DNA of 63,815 nucleotides, filler included, from Hyphochytrium catenoides (Eukaryota > Protista > Hyphochytriomycota), in NCBI GenBank assembly GCA_900088475.1. It is 10 parts of 10 records of this genome, joined end to end, with 100 filler letters (N's around TTAATTAATTAA, not from the genome) between each part and the next. Parts side by side here need not be neighbours in the genome. Positions count along the whole stretch, not along the records: positions 1 to 14,680 come from FLMG01002669.1; positions 14,781 to 18,117 come from FLMG01000255.1; positions 18,218 to 20,092 come from FLMG01004023.1; positions 20,193 to 38,432 come from FLMG01002403.1; 6 more parts are not named here. The stretch is one strand, 5' to 3'. The translations under genes and the position numbers were made by a program. The notes under the pieces are model-generated. The model did not search any database, was not told where the DNA came from, and saw nothing but the letters and a program-made list of their open reading frames with translations. This document shows, in pieces, positions 13,227 through 24,547 of this stretch (position 1 is the first letter of the stretch; each line of letters begins with the position of its first letter).

Positions 13227-13470
13227 TGGACAATGCGATGAACTGGCCTCTCTCTCGTAGATAATGCTTAGCTTTTGGTCGGCGGGAGACGAATGGAAAG
13301 AACCATCGGCGAGAAGGGCGATCGCTTTGCTCTTGGCGGCAACAAGCTGCTTTCCCGGACGGCGAAGAGGGAATAAATCTTCAAAGAAGCCCCGCAGGTT
13401 GCAAAGAGACAGCGCCGCTGGCGATTTCTACAGCTCCTGAATGAGATCGCTATCTCTAAAGCCCTTGTCT

Positions 13471-13502
<32 letters not shown>

Positions 13503-14000
13503 GCCGAGCGGAGTTCCCTCCTTTCCTGTGTCTCCCTCTTCTCTCTCCCTGTTCCAGCACCAATATCTTCGTGTCTCTTTGTAAGTCTTCATCTGTAGCA
13601 CGTCGTTCTCTCTCTCTTNNNNNNNNNNNNNNNNNNNNNNNNNNNNNNNNNNNNNNNNNNNNNNNNNNNNNNNNNNNNNNNNNNNNNNNNNNNNNNNNNN
13701 NNNNNNNNNNNNNNNNNNNNNNNNNNNNNTTTCATCCGCTCTATCTTTCTCTCCTGTGACCCTTGCGAGTCCTAATCTCTCTCTCTTGCGTTGATTCCCA
13801 GATCCTTAGCCCGATAAACTGACGTTTCTCTCTCTACCTTCTACCTTCTTCTCTCTCTTTTTCTCTCTCTCTCTCTGTTGTGCTCTTTCCTTTCCCTCTC
13901 TCTTTCTCTCTCTGTTGTGCTCTCTCCATTTTGTTCTCTCTCCTCTCTCTGGCTCTCTCTCTGTCCCACTTTCCTGTCCTGCACTTTAAACCTCTCCCAG

Positions 14001-14680
14001 GTCTCTTCTTCTCTATCATCTTCCTCAATGTACAACTCTGTCTATGAGTCGTTGGGCTTCCTCCCTCCTTTCAAACAGAGGAGCAGGGGTCACCGTGACC
14101 TGTTGGAGTTTGTATGGGCTGCCGGGGAAGAAAGAGAGACGGCCGTGAAGAGACAGATGGAGAAACATGCCAGAGATGAACTGAAAGAGGCGAGAGTAAG
14201 GGTTGTGGGGCCCATGGCTACGGCAGAAGACATTGAGGTACTTCTCTCTTGACCCTTTCCCTTCTCACATCTAGTTTGTAGGCAGAGGCTGAAAGGGTAT
14301 AGTCTCTTTCTCTCGCACTCGCTGATTCGTTTCTCTTTCGTCTTCCACCATTCTCTATCTCAGTTCATTTCCCTCTACTCTTTCGCTTCTCTCTCTCTCT
14401 CTCTCTTTCTTCACTCTCCTCTCAACTCGTTTGCACGTCCAGGATGAGGCTACAGGGAAGGTGCGTCAAGAAGAAGTTGAGCACTTTTTGAAGCTCAGAA
14501 GAGAGAGGAGGCAGAAGGCAAGGAAAAGAAGAGCTCAGGAAGTTGCTCTAGAGAACGTCATGGCAAGAAAACGTTTAGAAAACAAGGAAGAAGGAGGAGA
14601 GGCTTCCTCTGCGTTACCCTTTGAAGTCGAAGTAAAGGCAGAAGAGAGAAAGGTCCTACGTGGCTGGTCTAGAGCAAGAG
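14001..14680 (+). CDS. Partial two-exon hypothetical protein (14001-14237, 14443->14680), charged/coiled-coil, truncated by linker
   Basis: ctcccag acceptor, GAG|gtac donor and tccag|GAT acceptor join in frame (AEDIE|DEATGK). Confidence 0.5.
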
Positions 14681-14780
14681 NNNNNNNNNNNNNNNNNNNN
14701 NNNNNNNNNNNNNNNNNNNNNNNNTTAATTAATTAANNNNNNNNNNNNNNNNNNNNNNNNNNNNNNNNNNNNNNNNNNNN
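14681..14780. other. Artificial contig linker N44-TTAATTAATTAA-N44 (also at 18118, 20093, 38433, 42570, 44756, 48758, 59160, 61644)
   Basis: The identical 100-nt spacer with stops in all six frames occurs nine times. Confidence 0.98.
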
Positions 14781-17700
14781 GAAAGATAACAATTGACTGC
14801 CTAAAACAGTTAACAGAACTAGGCCGTGTCAAACCCTACAGGGAGGGAAAAAACTTTCACCGATTTATGGTCAAACCAAAACCTTAATCGGGACCCCCCT
14901 GAAGGTAGTAGACCACTCAATGATCTATCCTTGAAAAACAAATCGTGGGACCCATACAACTACCCACTACCAAGGATAGATGAAGAACTAGTGGACAAAC
15001 TCCATGGTTCCAAGTGTCGTGGTTCACTAAACTAGACATGACTCATGGCTATGCACAATTGCCACTAGCAGCGGCCATGCATCCATACTTCACCTTCTTC
15101 GTAACAGGAGTAGGAGTATTCACATACACAGTTATACCACAAGGATGGTCTCCAGCAGGAGCAGTCTTTGAAGAAATTGTCGAGTATACCCTCGGTGATA
15201 CAAGGTTCAGGTGCTGCATCGTTTACCTCGATGACAATATAGTACACAGCCCTAAGCTAGCTTTGACCAACACCTTCTCGTCGCTCGACGTAAAAGAGGT
15301 CATAACTAAATATGCTAATGCCGGTTTCCGCTTTTTAGTTTAACAACAAAACCAAGCTCGCCAAAAATGCATGCGAATGCTTGGGCCATTATACAGACGG
15401 CAACATAACCAGACCTCTAATTATAACCAAAACAGAAGCAATAAATAACAGGCCGCCGCCTGAATGAAGAGACGAACTCCGCTCTTGGATACAACTGTGC
15501 AACTACTACCGCTAATATATAAACCAATTTGCAATCGTAGCACACCCATTATTATATCAACTGCTAAAGAAAGACAGCAAGTTTGATTTCCGCAAAGACT
15601 GGAAGCCAGAATCAAAAGAGCTCCAGGCATTTAACAAAGTAAAAGCACTGCTAACAACCGCAGAGCCAATAATGCTTCATCACCCACCAGACCCCAACAA
15701 AGAGTACATCCTACATGTGGTGGATGGCAGCCAAAACGGCTATGGGGCTATCCTTTGTCAAGAAGACGAGGACCAAAACGAAAGGATAATTGCTACTGGT
15801 CCAAGGTCCACAAAAGCAAAGTCCGCAGTCACTACTTTGAGATAAAAGCTCTAGTAGAGCCAATCAAACACTTCAAATACTACTTACTGGGGACACCTAT
15901 CTTCCACGTAGTAGGAGACCATAAACCATTGACCGCCTTAATGAGTAAGGAAGCTGAAGGAGTAAAAGAAGAGTGGAAAAATTACCTCCAAAGCTATAAC
16001 TTTACCTATAACTATAGGCGAGGTACGGAGATCCCGTCCGACTAGACCTTCTCAGGGCAGTCACAAATTAAAGCTGACTCTGAAGAGCTACCAAAGCTAA
16101 AGACACACAAGGGCCGACCGACCATTGATTGCTTATTTATAAAGACAGCATTCGGTTAGCGCCACAGGTCATAGCTTCAATAATAACAGATACCTCCAGA
16201 AAGCACAGAGGTCTATGCTATCGAAAACCTCACCGATAGCCTAGCTGTTGAACAAGCTACTGATCCTGCCATCACAAATATTATCAACAAATTCCGGCAA
16301 CCAATACCGGAAGAGCAAAAAGAAAGTACTGCCCTCAAACAACAGGTCAGACAACAAAAACGACAACAAAAATATCGGGAGAGCTACTTAGGCTCCACCG
16401 AGATTAGGAGATAAGTAACAATAGCGAGCTCTGGCGCAAACCACCAGCAGCCAACGCTAACAAAAGCATCGCATCACACCTCAGAACAATAGAAACGGTG
16501 CCCATGATACCAAACAAATGGGTACCAAAGTTCATAATAGAAAGAGCGCATGTAGACCTACTCGGTCACAGAAGTGCAAAATGCAGAGTTGCCTTCCTCC
16601 GCCAACAAATCTACTGGCTGGGCCCATCCATGCTAAAAACAGTAAAGCACTGGATCGAGAAGTGCAAAATCTGTGAACTACACCCATTCACAAACAAAAT
16701 GATCACTGAACAATATTCAATGATCCCCTTAAGAAGGAATCACATACACATTATGGATCATATAGACAAGCTCCCTAAAACAAAAAGGGGGAACACTTGC
16801 GCTATTATCCTGCATGATCCCTTCGATGATCTTACCAAATTATTACCTGCCAAAAACAAATCGGCACAAGAGACAGCGTACCAAATTTGGGAACACTGGC
16901 TCACAGATCCAATCGGCGGTTTCCCAGAAATACTACAACACGACGCACATAATACGTTCCTGTCTGACGTTATAAAATGTTTACGTGAGATGTATGGAAT
17001 AAAGGCGCGTGTTAGCTCAGTAGGGAGCCACGGGAAAACAAGCAAAGTGGAAAGGACAATAAGAACTTTCAACAATATGCTGTCAAAAGTGATCAGTGAA
17101 AACCAAACTGATTGGGATTTAAAATGCAGTGCAGTATGGAAAGCCCATGCGATGTGTATATCATCAAGCACTGGTTACTCCCCAATATACATGAGGACAC
17201 TCATGCATCCCCGCCTCCCAGAGGTGATNNNNNNNNNNNNNNAATATGAAGCACTTCATATTGGGCAACAAGTAAATCGCCTGAATGTCTCTTCAATTCA
17301 ACCAAAAACGAACAAAACCAAAAGAGCGCAACAAGGCATAAACGAAACTGCTGCCACACTTGATGATGACATTACAAAAAACAACTTGTCTCAACAAGAA
17401 GAAAATAATGGTATGACAGAAGCCAAGCCGAAACAAAAGCTCGCCACCTATTGGGAAGGAGGGTACACCGTTCCAGAAAAAGTGGACGCCCTAACATACA
17501 AATTAGGGTACACAAGAACAACCAAAACAGGCAAAACCCGCAAGAAAACTGTCATTGTGCACAGGAAAAATATTAGACCGTCACAATGACACTGATCAAC
17601 AACAAACAACATTGATCAGACCATTAACCACCCCTCCAAAAACACCTTCCCAAGTGCAATAACAAATCACAAGTTGCCACAAATACCGCTGAACTGTTTT

Positions 17701-18050
17701 CCTTCACCTTTCTCAGGGCTCAAGCACAGCTCGACAGAGAGAAGGGAGGTTTTTTCCTCTTCAGCGATGAAATTATCATTAAATAACTCCTAAGAAAGCA
17801 CAACTCACACCTCATTCCCAAAAGTAAGTACTATAAAACAGTAGTACTTATGCATTATCGCTCTTCAGGATCATTGCATTCACCATTGAGCTGAAGGGGG
17901 GCATGTAAGGGATGAGGGGTTGAGTAGCCAGCCATCCCCCAGGACCTAGTCAGTAGGCTGGCCAGGAAGCGCTGGCGCGCTCTCAGGAAGTCAATAAACA
18001 GTCTGGTTTTTCCATCCCATCGCCCTCTCGTCCGCTGGAAGGACCTTACA
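14781..18050 (+). mobile_element. Ty3/Gypsy LTR retrotransposon, 3' part (RT-RNaseH-integrase, PPT, 3' LTR); degenerate
   Basis: RT motifs YPLPRIDE, WFTKLDMTHGYAQ, PQGWSPA, YLDDNIV. RNase H motifs EIKALV, GDHKPL. Integrase H-H-C-C (HVDLLGH...CKIC), D-D-E (IMDH, QHDA, KVERTIRT). The RT-RH-IN order indicates Gypsy. Multiple frameshifts and stops. Confidence 0.93.
17904..18050 (+). repeat. 147-bp LTR (TGTAAGG...CCTTACA), preceded by PPT GAAGGGGGG (17893-17901); a second copy starts at 18054
   Basis: Perfect 7-bp terminal inverted repeat with TG...CA ends and AATAAA at 17993-17998. Positions 18054-18117 repeat the LTR start with one mismatch. Confidence 0.88.
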
Positions 18051-18217
18051 TGGTGTAAGGGATGAGGGGTTGAGTAGCCAGCCATCCCCCAGGACCTAGT
18101 CAGTGGGCTGGCCAGGANNNNNNNNNNNNNNNNNNNNNNNNNNNNNNNNNNNNNNNNNNNNTTAATTAATTAANNNNNNNNNNNNNNNNNNNNNNNNNNN
18201 NNNNNNNNNNNNNNNNN

Positions 18218-18327
18218 CAGGTGATCCACGTCTTCCTGCTTCCATCGTACACCTCTGTATACGAGGAGGAGAGAAAGGGAGAGAGAGCGCGAGAGAGGGA
18301 CAGCACGAGAGAGGGCGAGAGAGACAC

Positions 18328-18372
<45 letters not shown>

Positions 18373-18545
18373 CAGAGAGAGAGAGAAGAGCGGGCGAGGC
18401 AGAGTGAAGCTCGTAAGTTCACATAGTGGCGCCCACGGTAAAGTGTGAGTGAGGCTTCGAGAGACAGGGAAGACCAGGAGAAAGCAGCAATAGGAAGAGA
18501 GGAGAGAGAGAGAGAGAGAGAGAGAGACGGAGAGAGAGAGACACG

Positions 18546-18576
<31 letters not shown>

Positions 18577-18740
18577 TGAGGCACACCTTCCATCTTTCCA
18601 TTCGGCTCCTGGGACTTCCTTAAGTCCAATGGAGCCTGTCTCCCGGTCCACCCGGATGGCGTGCAAATAATTACATTCTCCGCCCATCACCTGCCCAGGG
18701 GAGAGGGAGAGAGAGAGACACAGAGAGAGAGCGAGACACA

Positions 18741-18791
<51 letters not shown>

Positions 18792-19405
18792 GAGACGACA
18801 TTGAGAAATACTATATGAAAAGGAAAAGAGAGAGAGAAAGATGCAGGAAAGCGGACTCAAGATAAAATGTAGAGCATTTTTTTCTCTCTCTTTCTCTCTC
18901 TTCACTTTACCAAGAATCTGGAGAGCTGCTCACTTGTCATCTCTCTGTGCTGAAAGGCGTCCAGCAGCTACGAAAGAGAACGAGAAAGAATGAGATAGAA
19001 AGAGCAAAGATTGAGAGAGAGAAGGAGAGAAAGACAAAGGGAGAGAGGAAGAAGAAAAAGAGGAAGAAGGGATTCAGAGAATGCAAAGGAAACAGGGTTA
19101 TCAAGAAGAGAGAGAAAGTGATTGGAGAAGGACAAGAACATGGGAAACATACCAAGAGAAAGTGAGGATTGAGAATAGGAGGGAAGAGAGAACGGGAGAG
19201 AGAAGAGAGACAGAAGAGAAGGAGACAATTGAGAGCATAGAATGAAAGAGAGAAAGACAGAGAAGAAAAGAAGGCAGAGAGAGAGAGAGAGAGAAAGAAA
19301 GAGAGAAATGAGAGAGAGAGAGAGAGATTGGTGGCGGTTTACCCCTCTTAATCTTTCTTCATATCGGTAGACTTGCTTCGGATATCCAGCCGCAGTAACC
19401 AGAGA
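18218..19405 (-). CDS. Internal exons of an unidentified gene, separated by CT-rich introns
   Basis: Short complex islands translate on the minus strand: VTAAGYPKQVYRYEERLRG, VMGGECNYLHAIRVDRETGSIGLKEVPGAEWKDG, YTEVYDGSRKTWIT. No family recognised. Confidence 0.4.
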
Positions 19406-20634
19406 CACAAAAACCCCGCGCTCAANNNNNNNNNNNNNNNNNNNNNNNNNNNNNNNNNNNNNNNNNNNNNNNNNNNNNNNNNNNNNNNNNNNNNNNNNNN
19501 NNNNNNNNNNNNNNNNNNNNNNNNNNNNNNNNCCCTAGACCAGCTACAATTAGAAAGCGGGAGAGAGAGGTAATCGTATATGGGGAGAAAATAGGATAGT
19601 AATTCATGTGAAGCGAGAGCAACCGATAAATTGACGGCAAGAGAAGCACCAGATGAAGATAAGAGAGAGAGAAAGAGAGAGAGAGAGAAGAAAGAGGACT
19701 TTAAAGGAAGAAGGATCTTACGTCAATGATGATCCCCGTCATAGGGCTGTCGACACTGTGAGGAACGGAAACTTAGCTCAGCAAAGAGAGAGAAAGAAAG
19801 AGAGAGAGAGAGACACACCAGATGGGTATAGAGAGAGACTGTGTATCGCAAAGAGCACATTTTAGGGAGAGAAAGGGGAAAAGAGGAAATGATCCTCAAA
19901 GAAGGAGAGAAAGGGGACGAATAAATAGTACTTTTGAGCAGAGAACTAGAGAGAGAGAAGAAAGAGAGCGAGAGAGAGAGAAAGAGAGAGAGAGAAAGAG
20001 AGAGAGAGAAGAGAGAGAGAAGAGAGAGCGAGAGAGAAAAAACAACGAGAGAAGAGAGAGAGAGAGAGAGAAGAGAGAGAGAAGAGAGAGAGNNNNNNNN
20101 NNNNNNNNNNNNNNNNNNNNNNNNNNNNNNNNNNNNTTAATTAATTAANNNNNNNNNNNNNNNNNNNNNNNNNNNNNNNNNNNNNNNNNNNNCTCTCTCT
20201 CTCTCTCTCTCTCCCTCTCCCTCCCTCCTTCTCTCTCTGTCTCTCTCTCTCTTTCTTTCTCTCTCTCTCTTTCCCTCTCTCTTTTCTCTCTCTCTCTTTG
20301 CACCCTGCACCTTCCCTCACCGTCTACACGGCTCTGTCTTCTCCTTTCTCTCCCTTCTTACGCTCTTCCGTCATCCTACTGATCCCTTTTATCGTTCTTT
20401 CTCTTGCATGCCTAATGCTCCCCTTGTCTCAGTCTCAGTCTTTTGTCCCACATATTCTCTCTCTCTCTCTTCTCTTGCGTCCCTCCTACACCTCTTAGAA
20501 GCACCTTCTCTCTCCCGTGTTTCTCCCTCTCCCTCTCTCTCTCCTTGGTTCTCGAGACACATGACTTTCCCTGTCATTCTGGTCGCTGTTCCTTACCTAT
20601 TTGTCTCGCTCTTGGCATCTCTGGCACGTGGCAG

Positions 20635-21151
20635 GACCCTCAAAAGCTGAAAAAGAAGCAGCAGAACGGGTCAGGGTCCTACAAAGGCGGCGGAGGAGGA
20701 GGCGGCGGAGGAGGCGGTGGCCCTGGCGGCGGGGGAGGAGGCCGTCGTGGTCCTAATATCCGCACTCTTGACCGCAGTCAAATGTGCCATCCCAGTACGT
20801 CTCTCCTTCCTCTGTCATTATATATCTATCTCTTACTCGCCGAGAGAGAGTCCTATAAGCCTCTTCGGTGCCATCTCTCTCTCTCTCTCTCTTTCTCTCT
20901 CTTCTTCTCCGTATCTGTGTACTTCTCTCTTCTCGCTTCTCCCGCAGCGGTGGCATGAAAGCCAAGCCAGCCTATGGTCTCCTCACTCTTTGGCGTCCCT
21001 CAATGCTCTGAAGCTTTACTCACGCAGTCTTGCTGCTTACAAGCTTACGGTCTGACTCTACTGTCCCGTGCTCTTGACCGCTTCTCCATCTTCTGACCCT
21101 GATGTGTCATTGTTTCCTTTGGCAGTGCCGGGAGGAGCGTGAGGAAGGTAA
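20635..21151 (+). CDS. SELENOK: Selenoprotein K (SelK/SelG family), last two exons (20635-20794, 21126-21151); Sec codon TGA at 21140-21142
   Basis: Gly-rich exon DPQKLKK...GGGGRRGPNIRTLDRSQMCHP, then A|gtacgt...ggcag|TG gives ...MPGGA-U-GR-TAA. This matches the SelK C-terminal GGUGR signature. A SECIS lies downstream. The 5' exons are beyond the linker. Confidence 0.9.
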
Positions 21152-21292
21152 AGCCACGGAGATGATAAGCGACCTCCTCCGTTAAGTTCTCTTGATAGAG
21201 GGAAGGCGCGTGTCTCCCGTGGCTGCAAGGGTCCTCTTTTCTCTCTCAGTCTATTCCTATTCTCTCTCTCTTTCTTCAGAGGGACATAGGGA

Positions 21293-21368
21293 TGCCTGCT
21301 TGATGCTGCAATGACTCTGTACCATGAAACCACGATGTGGAGTGGGGACAGATGACAAGCATGAGGCA
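21293..21368 (+). promoter_or_regulatory. Eukaryotic type II SECIS element
   Basis: Helix I TGCCT..GCTTG / CAAGC..AGGCA; core ATGA at 21311-21314 and GA at 21354-21355; helix II TCTGT-ACCAT / GTGG..ACAGA; AAA at 21327-21329; apical ministem CCAC-GAT-GTGG. Confidence 0.9.
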
Positions 21369-21470
21369 GAGGAAAAGGGATCACGGGCCCTTACCAATGC
21401 GTTATTAATGCTGTGAATATATATTATTAGTGAGCACAGCCCTGGATGCTTGTCAGTGCGCCAGAGGAAA

Positions 21471-21514
<44 letters not shown>

Positions 21515-21958
21515 CTCCTCTGTCTCTCTCGCCGTGTCCTATCTGTCTCTCCTACTTTCTCCGTTGTAGTCCATTCTTTTCTCTCATCGTGCTTCTCTCT
21601 TCCCACGTCAATACAGCACATATGGGACGCTTGGCGTCTCTGAGGTTGGCCGTCCACACCGCAAGGACGATGATGAAGCTGCTAAGTGAGAATGGGAGTA
21701 ATAGTACGGCCGCTAAGAGAGATAGGACCATTAAGTCCAGAAGTACCGCGCGCGCGAGAGAGAGAGAAGCATACTGGGCACAACGAATAGAGGTTGATGC
21801 CTGCTGGAGAGTAGAGGCATCCATATCACTTTTCCAAAAAGCAACGTACACACCACGTAGGAAGGTGATTGAGTGCAGAGATCGGACGCATTGGCTTCAT
21901 AGCACATCGTCTTCCTCACGAGGTCGTACAGCGCTTCCTCTGATCTGTTGGTTGTAGC

Positions 21959-23800
21959 TCAGGATACCAGCCGTATTGTCCCCTTCCAGTACCAAGCCCA
22001 GCGGAGGAGGAGAAAAAGGAGAGAAACGTAGAGAAAGAGAGCTGCCTTGAGGAGGGGATTATAGTACCAGAGATAGCCGTTAAAGACAGAGTTCTCTAAG
22101 CATTCCAGGCGTGTCAAGCGTGGCGTGTGATAGTCCTCTCCGTACTCCAGCCTCAAGATAGAATGAGGAGAGGCCGGGATTTGTACGTTCATCCCCAAGA
22201 ACGTGGCGTTCTGAAGGGGAAACGTCTGGTCTACGGGCCGCGCCTACCAAAAGAGAGACATTGAGAGAAAGAAAGAGGACGAAGAGAAAGAAAGAGAGCC
22301 GAGGGTCAAAGGTGTTCCCTAGGTTTGCCTTAATGTATGACCGTTGCCTCTTCTCCCCACAGCTTCCTGAGCAGTTTCCCTCTTTGGCTAGAGACATCAA
22401 ACCCTGACAGCTATTCGTCCTCGCCTAAGGCTCTAGAAAGGCACTGTTTGTTTAGCTCTTCTTCTTACCTTGATGTGCGTGGTATAGTCATTGATCTTTA
22501 GATACTCTCGCTTGTTCCCCTCAGTGATGCGCCGCCAGAGGAAGATGTCCACATGTGGACCCTTTCTCTTCGTAGTGCTATAGTACACTTGAAGCATGTC
22601 CCTAGAGATGAATTAACGAGGAAGAAGAGGACGGAGAGAGAGTGTGAGAGAGAGGGGTAAAGGGGGAGTGGCGATAAAGAAGAGCGCTTAGACGTTGCTG
22701 CAGGGACAAAAGAGTGGACGAAGAAAGAAAAGGAAGAGGGTGAGATAGGGCCAAACAGGAGTCCGAGAAGGTGCCAAGATAGAGAGAAGCTCTACGATGA
22801 GACGACTATCGGGGAGACAGAGAGAGAGAGAGAGAGGGAAGAAGAGAGAGGAAGAAAAAGGGAGAAACAATGAGGGAAACCATGCGGAAGAGCAAGAAGA
22901 GCAACGCAGAAATCGAGGGCTAAGATATCGGAAGATAGGACGAGTGAACGCCACCACCTGTCAGGCAGATGACGGGTTACGTATCCCAGTCTCTCAAAGG
23001 CCTTTCTCATCTCCTGCACTTGTCCTTCACTCTTCAGTTCAATAGAAAGATCCGTGTCCGTGTCTCTCCTCGGCATCCCTTCCCCTCTCACATGGAAGAG
23101 GAGAGTCCCAAAGTCCAGCCAAAAGGGGACAGAGAGAGAGGAAAGTACGCGGAAGGATAGCTTTGTCAGCTCCTTTGTTCGGGCGTAGAAGTTCTCACTG
23201 TTCGGGCAGTTACACGCGTAGTAGAGCTCCAGGAGGAGAAAGAGGGAGAACATAGAGATGCAGAACAGAAAGAGAAGCTTCCGCCTGCATTGCGAAGAGC
23301 AGAGTGGGTTAGCCTTCACAGTAGACAGAGCCTAAGCTTCGAACAGGAGGTAGAAGTTCATCGAGTGGGGCTTACAGGGTGCAGAGTATTGAAAAGCGTG
23401 CACGTTTGCGCGCGCGAGAGAGAGAGAGAGAGAAAGAAAGAAGAGAGAGAAGAGAGAGAGAGACCGATAGAGAGAGAGAGAGACTGATAGAGAGGAAGAG
23501 CGAAAGAAAGACAGAGTTCGAGGGGAGACGAGCGCGCTTGATAGACTAATATGGTGAGGCAGCTGAGGATACATCTCAAGCTCTCAAAAGGCGGCAACAG
23601 TCTACACAAATAGCAGAGAGAGGTGGTTGCCAGGCATTCGATGACTGAATGTCATTGCCTGGAAGAAGAAAGACATGATACCTCGCTAGTGAGACCCTGG
23701 CGAGCACTTTGTGCCGGAAGCGGAGCAGCAGGAGAGGGCCGAGCCAGAGAGGAAGAAAGAAGTTCATCTTCGCGAGCCATACGGGCACCGCCAGCGCCAT
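21959..23800 (-). CDS. LicD/fukutin-related nucleotidyltransferase-family membrane protein, multi-exon
   Basis: FWLDFGTLLFHVRGEGMPRRDTDTDLSI (GTLL...DxDxD), GPHVDIFLW, FLGMNVQIPASPHSILRLEYGEDYHTP. Hydrophobic segments at both ends. Confidence 0.85.
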
Positions 23801-24547
23801 GATTCAGACTCCGGAGCTGAAACTGCCTTCTTCAGGCCAAGGAACTAGTTGACGGCGTTGAAGAGCTCAGCGACGACCGATACTGAACGTTAAAGAGACC
23901 TGGCAGCTCATCAAGAGCTCACACGCTGTCCAGAGTCTCCGTGTAGACGCAGCAGGCAATAACTTTATAATACGAAGACTGCTATCCGGGTCCTCGCCAG
24001 AAGCGGCGCGCGCTATTGAGGCCCCGAAATTGGCGACCAGAATCTTCCTTCGTCGGGTCTGTTCAACAGGCCGTTAACAGCTCTATTTCTAAAAACTGTC
24101 CGTTACTGCCTTTCTGAGGGATCTGGGGTGCGGTAGTAGCTGAGCAGTGGCTAGCTGGTATAGCAGCTCAAGGTCCGACACGGGACTACGGCTCTTAGAA
24201 GCAGGATCATCGGATGTGAAGAAGGGCCGTCGCCCAGAGCTTTGGCTGCATAGAACTTTTATCTACAAGGGCCAAGTGGTAGTCTTCCTTGTCTCGCTCT
24301 CTCAACAGCAAGAGGCGGACCCGGCGAAGTCGTGGGGATATATTTGTGCATTAATGGCTGCTGGCAGCTGCTAAAAGCTCGATAACAAGCATTGTTTCCT
24401 ACCTACAGGCAGGAACCCCCATTATCTCTGGTGCTGTTCGTCGTTGCTCTACCTCTTCAGTTCTAACTAGCTGCCGGCTTACCTTGAAATCTAGGCTTAT
24501 CCCAAATAGTGGCCTCTATCTATCTCTATCTTCCTCAATCTCTATCT

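Noticed and set aside
18162-20200. Many ORF-track products rich in LSLSLS or ERERER, here and throughout
   Set aside because: These are translations of (CT)n/(GA)n microsatellites.
24071-24105. CCGTTA/TAACGG Myb-like motif near several gene starts (also 29936, 34396, 44970, 63582)
   Set aside because: A 6-mer is expected dozens of times by chance and this one also occurs in exons; enrichment cannot be shown by eye.
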